This document shows positions 48,501 to 60,594 of a DNA stretch of 64,000 nucleotides, in pieces. Origin of the DNA: an uncultured virus (IMG/VR IMGVR_UViG_2667527573_000005). Taxonomy: Duplodnaviria; Heunggongvirae; Uroviricota; Caudoviricetes. How positions within the stretch are numbered: the stretch's first letter is position 1; every line of letters starts with the position of its first letter. The notes beneath the pieces were generated by a model. That model ran no database searches, was not told where the DNA came from, and worked only from the letters and a program-made list of their open reading frames with translations. The position numbers and the translations under genes are program-made. The stretch spans positions 62,001 to 126,000 of IMG/VR virus record IMGVR_UViG_2667527573_000005. One strand, given 5' to 3'.

Positions 48501-51500
48501 TTCCATTAATGTAGCAAAATATATGGATGAGATACAAAAGGCTCTACAATCAGGAAACAAAGATAACTTCTCAAGAGCTTCACAAGGACTAGAACAGCTT
48601 ATAAATCAAGCTATGAGCGGCAAAGACAAAAATAATGGGCTTGTGCTTTCTTATGGAGATTTAAAGGATGCTATTGACTCAACTAACAGCTCTGCAAAGA
48701 GTGCAAAAGTTACCTGGGATGAAAACGGCGAAGGTGTAGATGCTTTAGGTGAACAAGTAGGCGATCTATCAGATAAGCTCAATGAGGCAAAAGGCGATTT
48801 TGAAGCAATAAAAGGGATCATTGATGAGCTAATTGATTCAAAACAAAACGATGCTGCGATTTCAGTAATGCAAAATGAAGCATATGACACGATGGCAGAT
48901 AACATCTCTCCTTTAAATGAATTGCTTGAGAAAATGGCAGAAGGTAAGAGTATTTCAGCTTCTGAAGCTATGAAGCTAATTCAGAAGGAAAACGATCTTG
49001 CAGACGCTATTTCAATTGAAAATGGTGTTGTGAAAATCAACAGAGATGCAGTTGTTAAGCTACGTGACGCCAAGCTAAAAGCGTACAGTGACATGCAGCA
49101 GTCTGTTAAGCAGGATCTAATAAATCAAGCTAATGCTTTAAACAAGAAGATTAATATGTATAAATCTGAAGTTAAAGCGATCAAAACTGTTCAAGATGCT
49201 TATAATTTGAAATCAGATCTTGAAAAACAAAAGCAGAAAATTCTTGAGGAAATGAAAAAAGGTAATGGCGGAGCAATTCAATACCTTCCTAAAACCCAAG
49301 AAGATTTAAATCAAGTTACTGACATTACTGATCAACTTGATGAACTTGATAAATTAGCTGATTTAGCCTCCTCTTCTCTATCAGAGACTGGTACATCAAT
49401 GGAAGATATGTCTTCATCTGCAGAAAAAGCTTCTGAAGAAGTAAAAACTTCCATGTATGTTGTTGATAAATACAAGGAAGCATTAGAAAAAGTTAATGCT
49501 GAGATTGACAAGTACAACAAGCAGGTCAATGATTATCCAAAATACTCTCAGAAATATCGAGATGCAATTAAGAAAGAAATTAAAGCACTTCAGCAAAAGA
49601 AAAAGCTTATGCAGGAACAAGCTAAGTTGCTTAAAGATCAAATTAAATCCGGTAACATTACTCAATACGGTATTGTAACCTCTACAACTTCTTCTGGCGG
49701 AACCCCCTCCTCAACTGGTGGTTCCTATTCAGGCAAGTACTCAAGCTACATAAATTCAGCAGCTAGTAAATACAATGTTGACCCTGCCCTTATTGCAGCT
49801 GTAATTCAGCAAGAATCAGGGTTTAATGCTAAAGCACGATCTGGTGTAGGTGCCATGGGATTAATGCAACTGATGCCAGCAACAGCGAAAAGCTTAGGAG
49901 TAAATAACGCTTACGATCCTTATCAAAATGTTATGGGTGGAACAAAGTACCTCGCCCAACAGCTTGAAAAGTTTGGCGGTAATGTTGAAAAAGCATTGGC
50001 TGCATATAATGCTGGGCCTGGTAACGTAATTAAATATGGTGGTATCCCTCCTTTTAAAGAAACACAGAATTACGTCAAGAAGATCATGGCCAACTACAGC
50101 AAATCCCTCTCCTCTGCCACTTCTTCAATCGCCAGCTATTATACAAATAATAGCGCTTTTAGGGTAAGCTCCAAATATGGACAGCAGGAATCCGGTCTCC
50201 GCTCCTCCCCACACAAAGGAACTGATTTTGCTGCAAAAGCAGGTACAGCAATTAAATCTCTTCAAAGTGGTAAAGTCCAAATTGCTGGCTACAGTAAAAC
50301 TGCAGGTAACTGGGTTGTTATTAAACAGGATGATGGAACAGTTGCCAAGTACATGCACATGCTTAACACTCCTTCTGTAAAAGCAGGTCAATCAGTTAAA
50401 GCCGGTCAAACTATTGGTAAAGTTGGTAGCACAGGGAACTCGACTGGGAACCACCTTCATTTACAGATCGAACAAAATGGAAAAACAATCGATCCTGAAA
50501 AGTACATGCAAGGTATTGGAACTTCTATTTCAGATGCGTCACAAGCTGAGGCAGAACGGCAACAAGGGATAGCTCAGGCTAAATCTGATCTTCTCTCCCT
50601 CCAAGGAGATATCAGTTCAGTCAATGATCAGATTCAAGAACTTCAGTATGAACTAGTTCAATCCAAACTCGATGAGTTTGATAAAAGAATTGGGGATTTT
50701 GATGTTCGGATAGCTAAAGATGAATCAATGGCTAACCGATACACTTCTGACAGCAAGGAATTCCGCAAATACACCTCTGATCAGAAAAAAGCTGTTGCAG
50801 AACAAGCTAAAATCCAACAACAAAAAGTTAATTGGATTCAAAAAGAAATAAAAACAAATAAAGCATTAAACTCCGCTCAACGTGCCCAGCTTCAAGAAGA
50901 GCTTAAACAAGCCAAGCTAGATTTAATTTCTGTTCAAGATCAGGTTCGTGAGCTACAGAAGCAACTTGTCCAATCTAAAGTTGATGAGACGCTTAAGTCA
51001 ATTGAAAAGTCATCTTCTAAAACCCAAGGGAAAATTAAAGATGTTGATAATAAAATTTCAATGACTGAAGAAGATGAGGACAAGGTTAAGTACTATAGCA
51101 AGCAGATAAAGCTCATTCAGCAACAACAAAAGGAAGCCAAAAAATATATCAAACAGCTTGAAGAGCAAAAGAAAGCTGCGAAAGGTTTCCCTGACATCCA
51201 GGAACAGATCACTGAAGAAATCGAAAACTGGAAAGATAAACAGAAAGATTTTAACCTTGAGCTTTATAACACCAAGAAGTCGATCAAGGATATCTATAAA
51301 TCATTGGCTGATGAAGTTGTATCCATCTACAAAGAGATGTACGAAAAAATGCGGGATATTGAGTTAGAAGCCCATCAGAAAGCGACACAAGATAAGATTG
51401 ATGAGATCGACAAAGAAGACGAAGAAGCTAAATATCAAAAGGAATTGAAGGAGAAAAACCAAGCAATACAGGAAACAAAAGATAAGATCAGTAAACTTTC

Positions 51501-52365
51501 CATGAACGACTCCTCTGAGGCTAAATCGCAAGTCAAAGACCTAGAGAAACAACTTCAAGAACAACAGGAAGCTTTGGATGAGTATATAAAAGATCGTAGC
51601 AACACAAAACGGAAAGAAGCCCTTCAAGATCAGCTTGATAAAGATGAAGAATCAATTAACAACAAGTACGATGACCTGGTAAATGATGAACGAGCATTCA
51701 AAAAGCTTGAAGATAAGCTTATGGATGGTAAAATCACTGATATCGCTAAACAGCTTAATGAATTCACCAAGTTCATTAACGAGAATATGAAGTCGATTGG
51801 GAAAAGTATTTCCAATAACTTGATTGATAAGCTTAAGGACGCTGCCAGTGCATTAAATACCGTTACAACTGGAAATACAACAGGTAAAAAGGTGTCATCA
51901 TTTGCTTCTGGTGGATATACAGGCACAGGACTTGGAGCAGGAAAGCTTGCATTCTTACATGACAAGGAACTTATTTTAAACAAGACAGATACTGAAAACA
52001 TGCTGGAAGCTGTGAAACAAGTTCGTCAAACGTCCACTGATAATTCAGTAAAGACTACCTCTAAATGGGGTCAACCTGGTAAAATTTCAGATGTTTTAAG
52101 TAAGAGTATTTCTCTTGTTACACCAGCAATGAACGCTGCAGTTACTAGTCAAACAAGTCTAACTAAAGGCTTAATTCCAACTCTTAAGAACTTCTCGACA
52201 CCTACTGTAACCCCTTCTACACCTCAAGGAAATACATCAAACAATCAGAACTCATTCACAATTAATGTAACAGAAGCTAGTAATGCTAAAGAAACTGCAA
52301 GCTTAGTGTACAAACAATTAGCAAATGGTCTTAAAAATACTGGACTGAATTTCAACATAACATGA
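45523..52365 (+). CDS. cwlP: Tape measure protein with lytic transglycosylase and M23 peptidase domains (CwlP/YomI)
   Basis: TP901-type TMP core; [41 protein letters not shown]23; TTG start MSQNLKIIL after AAAGGAAG. Confidence 0.95.
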   Translation: MSQNLKIILTPQADTSSKTVEQLNQQIKSLEKKLNSLKLNTNIDSTTLKALQEFSSAVDAYQKNLKSYNQTVRETSTVIKNADGSVEKLTQQYKKNGEILQRETKIINNRNTALKQETQEVNKLTQATEKLGQVQKKTVQRNLQGQPTKVVQKNRHGFDDIVYTTDPKTNSTSSKTTTNYDQQRRAIEQLKQDLEKLRQQGIVTDTTISSLGRKINTAQSAQQIEALQNRIRMLDDKSAAVAKNNELKKTIELYQRQAQVNVQNLNTRYGSSMGSSNRQAVQDYLNAVNSLNVSTGSNNVRSQIQSLNMQFRELASSAQAAANQASSYGAELTQTFKSMSTYLISGSLFYGSISGLKEMVSQVVHIDTLMTNIRRVMDEPDYKFNDLLQTSIDLGDTLSNKISDILQMTGDFGRMGFDESELSTLTKTAQVLQNVSDLTPDDTVNTLTAAMLNFNIAANDSISIADKLNEVDNNYAVTTLDLANSIRKAGSTASTFGVELNDLIGYTTAIASTTRESGNIVGNSLKTIFARIGNNQSSIKALEQIGISVKTASGEAKSASDLISEVAGKWDTLTDAQKQNTSIGVAGIYQLSRFNAMMNNFSIAQNAATTAANSAGSAWSEQEKYADSLQARLNTLQNKFTELAIAAGDAFISDGLIATTSALGDLLGAISSVVKGIGFLPTAFMTANFALVAFNKNMRLLQTAMVFGAGSLTETQRAAIGLEAGMSRATIATRVFSVAWKGMLASTGVGLVFAAIGFALEKVISMYSEAKQAREEFEASQNTSVEAITTNKDSTDKLIAQYKELQKAKESGTLSSEKEQEYLQVTQQLAQTFPNLVAGYDSQGQAIIKNNDALQDAIKYTQELADLKKKDIQTGAKDTFSDSLKEIKSLQGEIDQYKKMADTYSKGKDFWSYFEYPFADDSSIKNKGIKAEQEVVNTSQKLASSQSKIREQVLQTVDAFNSVKINPNLSKQINDAFNKIDFSKMDPTELESFSINVAKYMDEIQKALQSGNKDNFSRASQGLEQLINQAMSGKDKNNGLVLSYGDLKDAIDSTNSSAKSAKVTWDENGEGVDALGEQVGDLSDKLNEAKGDFEAIKGIIDELIDSKQNDAAISVMQNEAYDTMADNISPLNELLEKMAEGKSISASEAMKLIQKENDLADAISIENGVVKINRDAVVKLRDAKLKAYSDMQQSVKQDLINQANALNKKINMYKSEVKAIKTVQDAYNLKSDLEKQKQKILEEMKKGNGGAIQYLPKTQEDLNQVTDITDQLDELDKLADLASSSLSETGTSMEDMSSSAEKASEEVKTSMYVVDKYKEALEKVNAEIDKYNKQVNDYPKYSQKYRDAIKKEIKALQQKKKLMQEQAKLLKDQIKSGNITQYGIVTSTTSSGGTPSSTGGSYSGKYSSYINSAASKYNVDPALIAAVIQQESGFNAKARSGVGAMGLMQLMPATAKSLGVNNAYDPYQNVMGGTKYLAQQLEKFGGNVEKALAAYNAGPGNVIKYGGIPPFKETQNYVKKIMANYSKSLSSATSSIASYYTNNSAFRVSSKYGQQESGLRSSPHKGTDFAAKAGTAIKSLQSGKVQIAGYSKTAGNWVVIKQDDGTVAKYMHMLNTPSVKAGQSVKAGQTIGKVGSTGNSTGNHLHLQIEQNGKTIDPEKYMQGIGTSISDASQAEAERQQGIAQAKSDLLSLQGDISSVNDQIQELQYELVQSKLDEFDKRIGDFDVRIAKDESMANRYTSDSKEFRKYTSDQKKAVAEQAKIQQQKVNWIQKEIKTNKALNSAQRAQLQEELKQAKLDLISVQDQVRELQKQLVQSKVDETLKSIEKSSSKTQGKIKDVDNKISMTEEDEDKVKYYSKQIKLIQQQQKEAKKYIKQLEEQKKAAKGFPDIQEQITEEIENWKDKQKDFNLELYNTKKSIKDIYKSLADEVVSIYKEMYEKMRDIELEAHQKATQDKIDEIDKEDEEAKYQKELKEKNQAIQETKDKISKLSMNDSSEAKSQVKDLEKQLQEQQEALDEYIKDRSNTKRKEALQDQLDKDEESINNKYDDLVNDERAFKKLEDKLMDGKITDIAKQLNEFTKFINENMKSIGKSISNNLIDKLKDAASALNTVTTGNTTGKKVSSFASGGYTGTGLGAGKLAFLHDKELILNKTDTENMLEAVKQVRQTSTDNSVKTTSKWGQPGKISDVLSKSISLVTPAMNAAVTSQTSLTKGLIPTLKNFSTPTVTPSTPQGNTSNNQNSFTINVTEASNAKETASLVYKQLANGLKNTGLNFNIT

Positions 52366-52388
52366 GTCGGCTAAAGCCGGCTCTTTTT
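52364..52388 (+). terminator. Intrinsic terminator after tape measure gene
   Basis: GAGTCGGC-taaa-GCCGGCTC-TTTTT. Confidence 0.7.
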
Positions 52389-52405
52389 ATATTGGGGGTG
52401 AAAAA

Positions 52406-53167
52406 TTGATTAGACAGAGCCAATATTTCCTGTTTGACAACGAAAAGTCCATTGACTACGGAGTGGAAAACGTTAATACAGAGTCTGGGTTAGTTGAGGA
52501 ATCTTTTTTGGGTTCACGATCAGTTAATGAAACTTATGTAAAAGGAAGATCAGAGCCGTACACTGAAGGTGTCAAAAGAGAAGCAAAACAATTTCCTTTA
52601 AACTTTTATGTTGGTGAAAATTATGATGAGAAAAAAATAAGAGCAATTAAGCGCTGGCTAGATGTTGATGATTACAAGCCCTTAGCTTTCAGTGAAAATT
52701 TAGACATTGTGTATTATGCAATGCCCGTAGATACCAGTGATCTAGTCCATAATGCGGCTAGACATGGATATGTTCGTTTGACAATGAAATGCAACTCCCC
52801 TTATGCATATAGTCGAAACACAAGTACTCATTCCTTTGATATATCATCAGGAATGAAAACCATTGAACTCCATAACAAAGGCGATGTTGCGATTTACCCT
52901 ACTGTTGAAATTCTTAAAATTGGCGACGGCGATGTAAAAATCGAGAACCTGAGTGATTATACTGATCCCTTTATATTCAGCAATCTAAAAGACAGAGAAA
53001 TTGTTAAAGTGAATGGTGATAAAGAAATAATCGAGTCGACTTTATATGGGAATGAAAGATATGATGATTTCAATGACAATTATATTAGATTGGATTACGG
53101 AAAAAACCGATTAAAAGTGACTGGAAAATGCAAACTGAGACTCACTTTCAGATTTAAGTATCGGTAA
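52406..53167 (+). CDS. yomH: Distal tail protein YomH
   Basis: Follows TMP; CNSPYAYS, NKGDVAIYP, LDYGKNRL. Confidence 0.85.
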   Translation: MIRQSQYFLFDNEKSIDYGVENVNTESGLVEESFLGSRSVNETYVKGRSEPYTEGVKREAKQFPLNFYVGENYDEKKIRAIKRWLDVDDYKPLAFSENLDIVYYAMPVDTSDLVHNAARHGYVRLTMKCNSPYAYSRNTSTHSFDISSGMKTIELHNKGDVAIYPTVEILKIGDGDVKIENLSDYTDPFIFSNLKDREIVKVNGDKEIIESTLYGNERYDDFNDNYIRLDYGKNRLKVTGKCKLRLTFRFKYR

Positions 53168-53179
53168 GAAGGTGAAAAA

Positions 53180-55822
53180 TTGATAACTATTCGCAAGGAT
53201 ACAGAGATAAAAAACATACGCTTATCCCTTGCTAAGCCAGATAAGACTAAAATAGCCAACATTGATGAAGTTCTGAATCCAACTGTAACTTTAAATCATG
53301 GGAGCAGCGTTCACGAACTCTCCTTCTCTATTCCGCTTAAGGCCACCTATGATGGGGTCATTAAAAGGAATCATGTTGTAGATTTACTAAAACCCTGGTA
53401 CCTAATTAAAACTGAGTTTTATGGGCTTTCGATTTGGTTTATTATCACAAAAAGAACCAAGTCTTTCAGCAGTGAAATGGATACTGTACAAGTTGAGTGT
53501 AGATCTCTTCAACATGAATTGAGCAGAATAAGCGTTCTTAAATATGAGGAGACATCTAAAAATCTCCAGGAAGTAGTTACAGATTGTTTAAAGAATACCA
53601 GTTGGACGGTTGGATACATAGATACTCTCTTTAACGTAAAACGAAGACAGTTTGATGTATCATCAACTAACAAGCTTGATTTTTTATATTCAATCTGCGA
53701 GAAGTTCGATGCAGTTCCAGTCTTTGATACAGTAAAAGAAACTGTAAGCTTTTATAAAGAATCAGACATTTCGAAATACAAAGGCCTTAAACTGAACCCT
53801 CGGCAATATATGATTAGCATGGACGATTCTGATGATGCAGACGAATTGGTAACAAGACTGTATGCTACTGGAAAAGATGGAATAAGTATTAATTCAGTGA
53901 ACCCGACTGGCCAATCGTACATTGATGATTTCTCTTATTTCCTCTTCCCCTTTCAACGTGACGAACAACGAAATGTAATTTCCCACAGTGCCTATATGCC
54001 AGATGAACTTTGTCATGCAATTCTTGATTATAATGATCTTGTTAATAGCGAAGGAAATGCGTTTAATAAGCTTCTCACCCAAAAGAACGAAGCTGAAACT
54101 GGTTTAACCGAATTGAATAATGAGCTTTACACACTTGATCTAGAAGTCCAAAAGTTATTAGATCGAATTGAAGTTGCGAAGAAAGCTGGAGATGACACAA
54201 GTCAACTAAAAGCTCAACTTGCCGTAAAGCAGAAAGCAGTTGCAGAAAAGAAAAACCAAATTGCTACGATTGAATCAACAATTTCTCAAATATCTGCTTC
54301 AATTTCTAAGCTTAAAGAAAAGCTTTCTTTTGAGAACAATTTTAGTGAAAATCAGCAAAAACTGCTCTCACGTTTCATTTCGACAACTGAGTGGTCAAAT
54401 GACAGCATCTATGATGAGAATGAACTTTATGATGATGCCAACGAAGAACTTGAAAGTCGTAATACACCACCAGTGAATGTAACACTCGATATTGTTAACT
54501 TTTTTAACTGTATTAGTGAAAAACATAACTGGGATAGGTTCAGTTTAGGAGACATAGTACGAGTTCAACAGAATGATTTAAATACCGATATTAAAGCCAT
54601 ACTTTCAGCAATAACAATTGATTTTGAGCAATCAAATATTAGTGTCACAGTTACAAATGGAAAAAGAGTTCAATCTGATTTTGAGAAAATCATTAAGACT
54701 GTTTACAGAACAAACAAAATAAGTACTGAATTAAACAAAAGAAAGATTGAATGGGACAAAGTCACTGAAAACTTCAATATCCGAAATGACAGAATCTCAG
54801 TACAGCCGGCCCCTCCTGCCATTGCTTCTGATGGCACTGCAATTACCCACAAGGTAAATGATAACGGTTCAGTTGATATTACCATTCAGTGGGACTATGT
54901 TTATTCCGATGAGGACAAATACAACATTGATGGATTTGAGGTTTATTTGCATGGCAGTGATGACAATGAGGAGTACACATTTGGCTCTGTGCAAGCTAGT
55001 GAGAACTTACAAAATGTTAAATATGACAGACGTACAGCCACTTTTACCGGATTACCTTCAAATATGTACTACACTATTGGTGTCCAAGCATATCGAAGAG
55101 TAGATGCAGATATAGATATAAATCAGATTCTTCTTTCGGATATAGTTAAATCAAGCCATCCTTCTGAAAACCCCTACCTCCCTTCTCCTTCAATTGAAGT
55201 AAAAGGAAGCCTTAGTGGAAAAGTTAACGGTCTCTATACAATCTCCACGGAAGCTAAGCCAGAAGATCCAGAAACTGGGACAATTTGGATTGACCCAAAG
55301 ACTAATAAACAGGAACTGTTTAACGGAGAGGAATGGATTGTCTCATCTGCAGGATCAGCAGACTCCTTGAATGGTTTTCCTGCTTCTACATCAACTTCCC
55401 CAAACTCAATCCCCGTTCGAAATGAATCAGGGATAATTAGTGGTTCAATAGATGGTAATGCAGAGATGTTAGGTGGACGGGCAGCATCTGATTATGTATT
55501 AGTTGAAGATATCCTCACTCCCCCAAAGTTTGCAAAGGGTTCTTATATAGGTGACGGTACTCCAAGTAAAGCAATCCCACTCACCTTTACTCCCGATTTG
55601 GTAAAAATAACTCCAATTTCAACCGAGGACAGTCAACTTGTTATTGAAAGCACTTCGGGCGGTTATACCTATCAGGTAACTTCAACCGGATTATCCTTAA
55701 AAGGCGGAGATACAGGTTACGGCGCTTTAGGCAACTTCATGTTTATTACAGGAGCAGATAGCAATTTTAGGGGCAATAAATTAAACGTTAAATATATCTG
55801 GGAAGCTTATCAACAAAATTAA
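53180..55822 (+). CDS. yomG: Tail spike/baseplate hub protein YomG with FN3-like domain
   Basis: [11 protein letters not shown] tail-endopeptidase motif, coiled coil, [17 protein letters not shown]. Confidence 0.85.
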   Translation: MITIRKDTEIKNIRLSLAKPDKTKIANIDEVLNPTVTLNHGSSVHELSFSIPLKATYDGVIKRNHVVDLLKPWYLIKTEFYGLSIWFIITKRTKSFSSEMDTVQVECRSLQHELSRISVLKYEETSKNLQEVVTDCLKNTSWTVGYIDTLFNVKRRQFDVSSTNKLDFLYSICEKFDAVPVFDTVKETVSFYKESDISKYKGLKLNPRQYMISMDDSDDADELVTRLYATGKDGISINSVNPTGQSYIDDFSYFLFPFQRDEQRNVISHSAYMPDELCHAILDYNDLVNSEGNAFNKLLTQKNEAETGLTELNNELYTLDLEVQKLLDRIEVAKKAGDDTSQLKAQLAVKQKAVAEKKNQIATIESTISQISASISKLKEKLSFENNFSENQQKLLSRFISTTEWSNDSIYDENELYDDANEELESRNTPPVNVTLDIVNFFNCISEKHNWDRFSLGDIVRVQQNDLNTDIKAILSAITIDFEQSNISVTVTNGKRVQSDFEKIIKTVYRTNKISTELNKRKIEWDKVTENFNIRNDRISVQPAPPAIASDGTAITHKVNDNGSVDITIQWDYVYSDEDKYNIDGFEVYLHGSDDNEEYTFGSVQASENLQNVKYDRRTATFTGLPSNMYYTIGVQAYRRVDADIDINQILLSDIVKSSHPSENPYLPSPSIEVKGSLSGKVNGLYTISTEAKPEDPETGTIWIDPKTNKQELFNGEEWIVSSAGSADSLNGFPASTSTSPNSIPVRNESGIISGSIDGNAEMLGGRAASDYVLVEDILTPPKFAKGSYIGDGTPSKAIPLTFTPDLVKITPISTEDSQLVIESTSGGYTYQVTSTGLSLKGGDTGYGALGNFMFITGADSNFRGNKLNVKYIWEAYQQN

Positions 55823-55827
55823 CGGAG

Positions 55828-56658
55828 GTGATTAAACTGGCGGATTTTGCTGAATTATACAATGACCCGATACTAAGTAAAAAGAGAATAGGTTCAGTTG
55901 AAGACCCGTACCTAACTTACAATGAAACATTAACAATATTTAATGGAAGAGCACTCCTAACTGAGATTCCGAACAGAGAATTTCGTGTTGAAGTTACTGG
56001 GGACAATAAGGAATGGCGAGAGATTGAAGATGGAGAACTTGACGACAACTATTTTAAGGTTGATTACCTTATGGGAGTGGTCTTTTTTAATGCCTCAAAC
56101 GAAGGAAAATCGCTTACCTTCAATTACAGTGGCGAAGGAGCTTCCTTCTTTCCCGCCTCTCGAATTTGGATAAAGCGTCAAGGGAATATGGTAATTGAAA
56201 CTCTACAAGGGCTTATTGATGAAGCTGAAGATGCAATAATTCGAATGAATGAACGGATTGCTGAATGTGAACGTGTTACAAAGCGATGTATTGAAATAAC
56301 TAAATGGTGCAGAGAAGCTACATCCGATTATGAATATGTTGTTGAAAACACAAGGAAAATTTATAAGCCTTCAGTTTATACATACGCCGATATTATTACA
56401 ACATATCCAAACCCGCTCATTGGCTGGACTGTTGCAGTTAAAGAAACAAAAACAGTCTATAGGTGGGATGGATTTGACTGGGTAGACATTGGTACTTCAG
56501 AAGTATATGAAGGTTTCAATATTTTATTAAGTGCTGTCGAACCGTTTAGTACAAATTATATATGGTATCAAGATGAAGGCTTGGTACCTGAAAAACAAAG
56601 AGTAATCATATCAAATGTTGCACCTGAATCAGGTATGGTTTGGTATGAAATTGATTAG
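55828..56658 (+). CDS. yomF: YomF-like tail/baseplate protein
   Basis: 276 aa, synteny. Confidence 0.7.
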   Translation: MIKLADFAELYNDPILSKKRIGSVEDPYLTYNETLTIFNGRALLTEIPNREFRVEVTGDNKEWREIEDGELDDNYFKVDYLMGVVFFNASNEGKSLTFNYSGEGASFFPASRIWIKRQGNMVIETLQGLIDEAEDAIIRMNERIAECERVTKRCIEITKWCREATSDYEYVVENTRKIYKPSVYTYADIITTYPNPLIGWTVAVKETKTVYRWDGFDWVDIGTSEVYEGFNILLSAVEPFSTNYIWYQDEGLVPEKQRVIISNVAPESGMVWYEID

Positions 56659-56700
56659 AAGGAGAATCTACTAGTCTCTTTTTTAACTTGGAGGAATTAG

Positions 56701-59256
56701 ATGGGATTTAAATATTACGATAAAAATACCGGTTCCTATGTTCCCATGTCGATTGAATTACTTAAATCAGATGGCGTTTCTTACACTGCACCCTCGATTA
56801 AGCAGACTTTCGAGGATATCTTAAAACAAGTAAGCAGTGTTTCAAGTAGCGTCACTGAGAAAGTTGATGGGCTATCAAATCAAATTGGGAACATAGATGA
56901 TTTTCATATTACGGGTACAAACCTTGTTGAGAAGATATTAAATGCATTAATTCAGCGTAGAGTTAGCGTTACGGATTTTGGAGCTAAAGGCGATGGTGTG
57001 ACTGATGACACTGCAGCCTTTAACAAAGCTTTTGAAATGGGAAATGCAGAAGTATTTGTGCCAGCCGGAACATACATGGTTAAAGGCTTGAAAGTCCCAT
57101 CCTACACTAGATTATATGGAACAGGTAAACTCTCAGTTATTAAACTTCATAAAGATGCCCCCGCATACAGCCACGTCATCACAACTGTTCAAAATTCAAA
57201 GTACATTATTTTTGAAAACCTCTTGCTTGACTGGAACCTTCAGAAGACTAACAACAGCATTTCCTCTGGCCCCAACTCAAGTTGCTTAAACATTACCAAT
57301 TCACAATTTGTATGGGTAAATAATGTTCATGCCAAAGATGCAGGATTACACGGGTTTGATGTAACCTCTCCTTCTTATAACTCCCTTACAGATACAGAAG
57401 ATGTTTATCAACCAGGTGGAAGTAAATACGTTTGGATTAATAATTGTACAGCAACGAACTTTGGCGACGATGGTTTCACAACCCACTTCTCAGAGTATGT
57501 TTTTATAACAAATTGTTATTCATATGATGGAAACGGATCAGCTCATACATCAGGTGCCAGCAACACAAATGGATTTGAAATTGATGATGGTTCAATGAAA
57601 GTTTGGCTGATCAACTGTGTCAGTAAGAATAACTGCCGAGGATTTGAAGCTAAGGCTCATGAACATGCACCAGCAGCACAGAATGTCACCTTTTTAAATT
57701 GTGTATCTGAAAATGATATTCGAAGTTTTGATTTTAGACACATTGGATTCCATAAAGCTAGTGACCCAGAATCTAAAACTGCAAGAAATATTATGGCTTC
57801 TAACTGCACAGCAATAAAACCAATTTTCAACGATAGGTTATACGCTGGAATGACACCAAGAGCTTTGGTTATTTCTGCTTACAAAAATGTTAACATTTCT
57901 AATTTCACAGCTATCGGTGACCCTTCTTATGACTATAAAGGTAATCCAGCTATTGCAACTCAATATAAAAGCAGGAACATTACTTTTAATAATGTTTCTT
58001 CATCTGGATTTAAAACAGCTGGAGCAGATATTTATATTTATGGAGGAAGTCAAAAATCTGACTTTGTGTCCTTATCAAATATAAATGTTCTTGAATCTGC
58101 ATTAATTGGCATCAGAATTGGCAGTGCTATTAAGAACGCTAGTGTAAATCAAGCAAGTTTAATTGGTTACAGCAAAGAAGGGTCTATTGGCTTGTATTGT
58201 ACAAATTCTCAAGTTGACATTAACGCAGTCAATTGTGATAAATACGCTATCCCCTCGAAGATTGCCGGAAAAGCCTATACATCCTTTGTACCAAAAAATA
58301 TTAAAGGTGGCACAAGGATTGCGACAACTTCTGGCTACGCTGCTAAAAATACTAGTCTTGTAGCTGCTTCTTCTGGTGGTGGACAAGCAACGGGTACTGC
58401 TTCTGCTGTTATAGCAACAACTGGTGGATCTAAAGCCGATGGCCCTCGTAACGTAGTAATCGCTTCATCTGGCGGTTCTAAAACCACATCTGAAGGCAGT
58501 CGTTCAATGGTTGCCGCTTCAAATAACTCTTCTATTGAAGGCACTGGATCATCTAGGATGGTCATAGCTTCCCAAGGTGTTGCCAATAAAACAGGTTACA
58601 CAGTTGCTTTAGGATATGCTGCTACAGGTGCACCCTCTACAGCAAATACAAAGATTCAATTAGATGCAAAGAATGGGAATATTAATCTTACCGGTCAAGT
58701 TAAAGGTGCCTCAACTTTCTCAGATTACGCCGAGTATTTCGAATCGATTGATGGTAAAGCCATTCCTTCTGGTTATTTTGTAACTCTAGAAGGTGACAAA
58801 ATCAGAAAAGCCAACGCAGGAGATAAAGTTTTAGGAGTGATTTCTGAAACAGCTGGTGTAGTTTTAGGTGAAGCAGCTTTTAACTGGCAAGGTCGTTATT
58901 TAAAGAACGAATTTGGCGGATTGATTTACGAAGATATTGATGTAACAGTTACCAATGAAGACGGTACACAAAGAATCGAAACTAAAACAGTTCCGAAAGA
59001 AAATCCTTATTATGAACCTTCTGAAGATTATATTGCTCGGTCTGATCGGCCTGAATGGAATATCGTAGGAATGTTTGGCCAGATATTTGTACGTATTGAT
59101 GGGACTGTTGCAGCTGGTGATCGTATAATTCCCAAAGCCGGTAAAGGGTCAAAATCTGAGGATGGTTCAGGTTACTACGTAATGCGTATCACAACCCCGT
59201 ATTCACAAGAACGAGGATATGGTGTAGCGCTATGTCTTATCACCCCTACAATCTAA
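56701..59256 (+). CDS. yomE: YomE-like beta-helix tail spike with C-terminal peptidase G2 chaperone (phi29 gp12-like)
   Basis: VTDFGAKGDGVTDDTAAF, beta-helix repeats, DYAEYFE, RPEWNIVGMFGQ. Confidence 0.88.
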   Translation: MGFKYYDKNTGSYVPMSIELLKSDGVSYTAPSIKQTFEDILKQVSSVSSSVTEKVDGLSNQIGNIDDFHITGTNLVEKILNALIQRRVSVTDFGAKGDGVTDDTAAFNKAFEMGNAEVFVPAGTYMVKGLKVPSYTRLYGTGKLSVIKLHKDAPAYSHVITTVQNSKYIIFENLLLDWNLQKTNNSISSGPNSSCLNITNSQFVWVNNVHAKDAGLHGFDVTSPSYNSLTDTEDVYQPGGSKYVWINNCTATNFGDDGFTTHFSEYVFITNCYSYDGNGSAHTSGASNTNGFEIDDGSMKVWLINCVSKNNCRGFEAKAHEHAPAAQNVTFLNCVSENDIRSFDFRHIGFHKASDPESKTARNIMASNCTAIKPIFNDRLYAGMTPRALVISAYKNVNISNFTAIGDPSYDYKGNPAIATQYKSRNITFNNVSSSGFKTAGADIYIYGGSQKSDFVSLSNINVLESALIGIRIGSAIKNASVNQASLIGYSKEGSIGLYCTNSQVDINAVNCDKYAIPSKIAGKAYTSFVPKNIKGGTRIATTSGYAAKNTSLVAASSGGGQATGTASAVIATTGGSKADGPRNVVIASSGGSKTTSEGSRSMVAASNNSSIEGTGSSRMVIASQGVANKTGYTVALGYAATGAPSTANTKIQLDAKNGNINLTGQVKGASTFSDYAEYFESIDGKAIPSGYFVTLEGDKIRKANAGDKVLGVISETAGVVLGEAAFNWQGRYLKNEFGGLIYEDIDVTVTNEDGTQRIETKTVPKENPYYEPSEDYIARSDRPEWNIVGMFGQIFVRIDGTVAAGDRIIPKAGKGSKSEDGSGYYVMRITTPYSQERGYGVALCLITPTI

Positions 59257-59420
59257 ATGCATTAAAAATTAAGGAGGTGTTTACGTTCTAAATAAAATAT
59301 AGATTTTATTCAAAATACATACTTAAAAAACAGAGATAACAAGAGCATATGTAAGATAAAGAGAGATTGGGATTTGTCCCCTTCTCTCTTTTTTGTGCTC
59401 AAATTTAATTTTTAGGAGAG

Positions 59421-60479
59421 ATGTTTAATATGGCTATTAAAGCGAGACAAATGTTAGTATCCCCAGAGAAATATTCAATCAAATGTCCTTATGCATTATC
59501 CGCTTCATTCATCACTTTTCACAATACATACAACGACGCACCAGCGCAAAATGAAGTAAGTTATATGATCGGCAACAATAATGAAGTTTCTTTTCACTTT
59601 GCTGTAGATGATAAAGAGGTTGTTCAAGGGATTCCTACAAATCGTAATGCATGGCATACAGGTGATGGATCAGGTGTGAATTCAGGAAACCGGACTTCTA
59701 TCGGTATTGAAGTTTGCTACTCTAAATCAGGCGGAGAGCGCTATAGAAAAGCTGAAGCGTTGGCTATTAAATTTATTGCACAACTCCTTAAAGAACGTGG
59801 TTGGGGCGTGGATCGAGTTAAAAAACATCAAGACTGGTCTGGCAAATACTGTCCGCATCGAGTTCTTGATGAAGGACGTTGGAATGCTGTTAAATCTGCT
59901 ATTGCTGCTGAATTGAAAGCACTCGGCGGAAATACTTCTTCCTCATCTTCAAAGCCACCAACAAAAGTCGTTAAAACAAATGGTTCTTATGTTAAGAACA
60001 CGGTTATCGCAGACAGTCTTAATGTGAGAACCCAGCGCAATGCAAACTCCTCTATTGTACTTACTCTTCCTAAAGGCTCCACTGTTCAATACCAAAAAGG
60101 ATCAACTCAAAATGGTTGGGGTTATATCAAATATACAAACTCCAAAGGTGCTACATACAGCGGATATGTAAATGTGAAATACATTAAAAGTGATGCTGAG
60201 ATTGGACAATCAGCCCCTAAGCCTAAATCCACTTCTAAGCCTAATAGCAGTGGAATCAAATCTGTAGGCAAGATTAAAGTTGTCGGAGTAAAAAGCGCTG
60301 CTATCGTAATGGACAGACCTGATAAAAACAAAGCGAAGAATCTCGGCACTGTGGATCTGGGCGATACTGTCAGCATTTCTGGATCAGTGAAAGGGTCAAA
60401 CAATGCTAAGGGTTACTGGGAAGTTATCTACAAAGGTAAACGTGGATACATCTCAGGACAATTCGGTTCAAAGATTTAA
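59421..60479 (+). CDS. Endolysin: XlyA/CwlA-type N-acetylmuramoyl-L-alanine amidase with SH3b-like domains
   Basis: ITFHNTYNDA, SFHFAVDD, NAWHTGDG, KHQDWSGKYCP; LNVR SH3b. Confidence 0.92.
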   Translation: MFNMAIKARQMLVSPEKYSIKCPYALSASFITFHNTYNDAPAQNEVSYMIGNNNEVSFHFAVDDKEVVQGIPTNRNAWHTGDGSGVNSGNRTSIGIEVCYSKSGGERYRKAEALAIKFIAQLLKERGWGVDRVKKHQDWSGKYCPHRVLDEGRWNAVKSAIAAELKALGGNTSSSSSKPPTKVVKTNGSYVKNTVIADSLNVRTQRNANSSIVLTLPKGSTVQYQKGSTQNGWGYIKYTNSKGATYSGYVNVKYIKSDAEIGQSAPKPKSTSKPNSSGIKSVGKIKVVGVKSAAIVMDRPDKNKAKNLGTVDLGDTVSISGSVKGSNNAKGYWEVIYKGKRGYISGQFGSKI

Positions 60480-60594
60480 TTATATTCAATAATCTCGGAG
60501 GATTTTTGCTGCTCTATTCATATCAGCGAATATCCTCTTAATTTAGGAGGTGATGTAAAGTCACCTTCCTATATTCATTAAAGGTTGGTGACAA

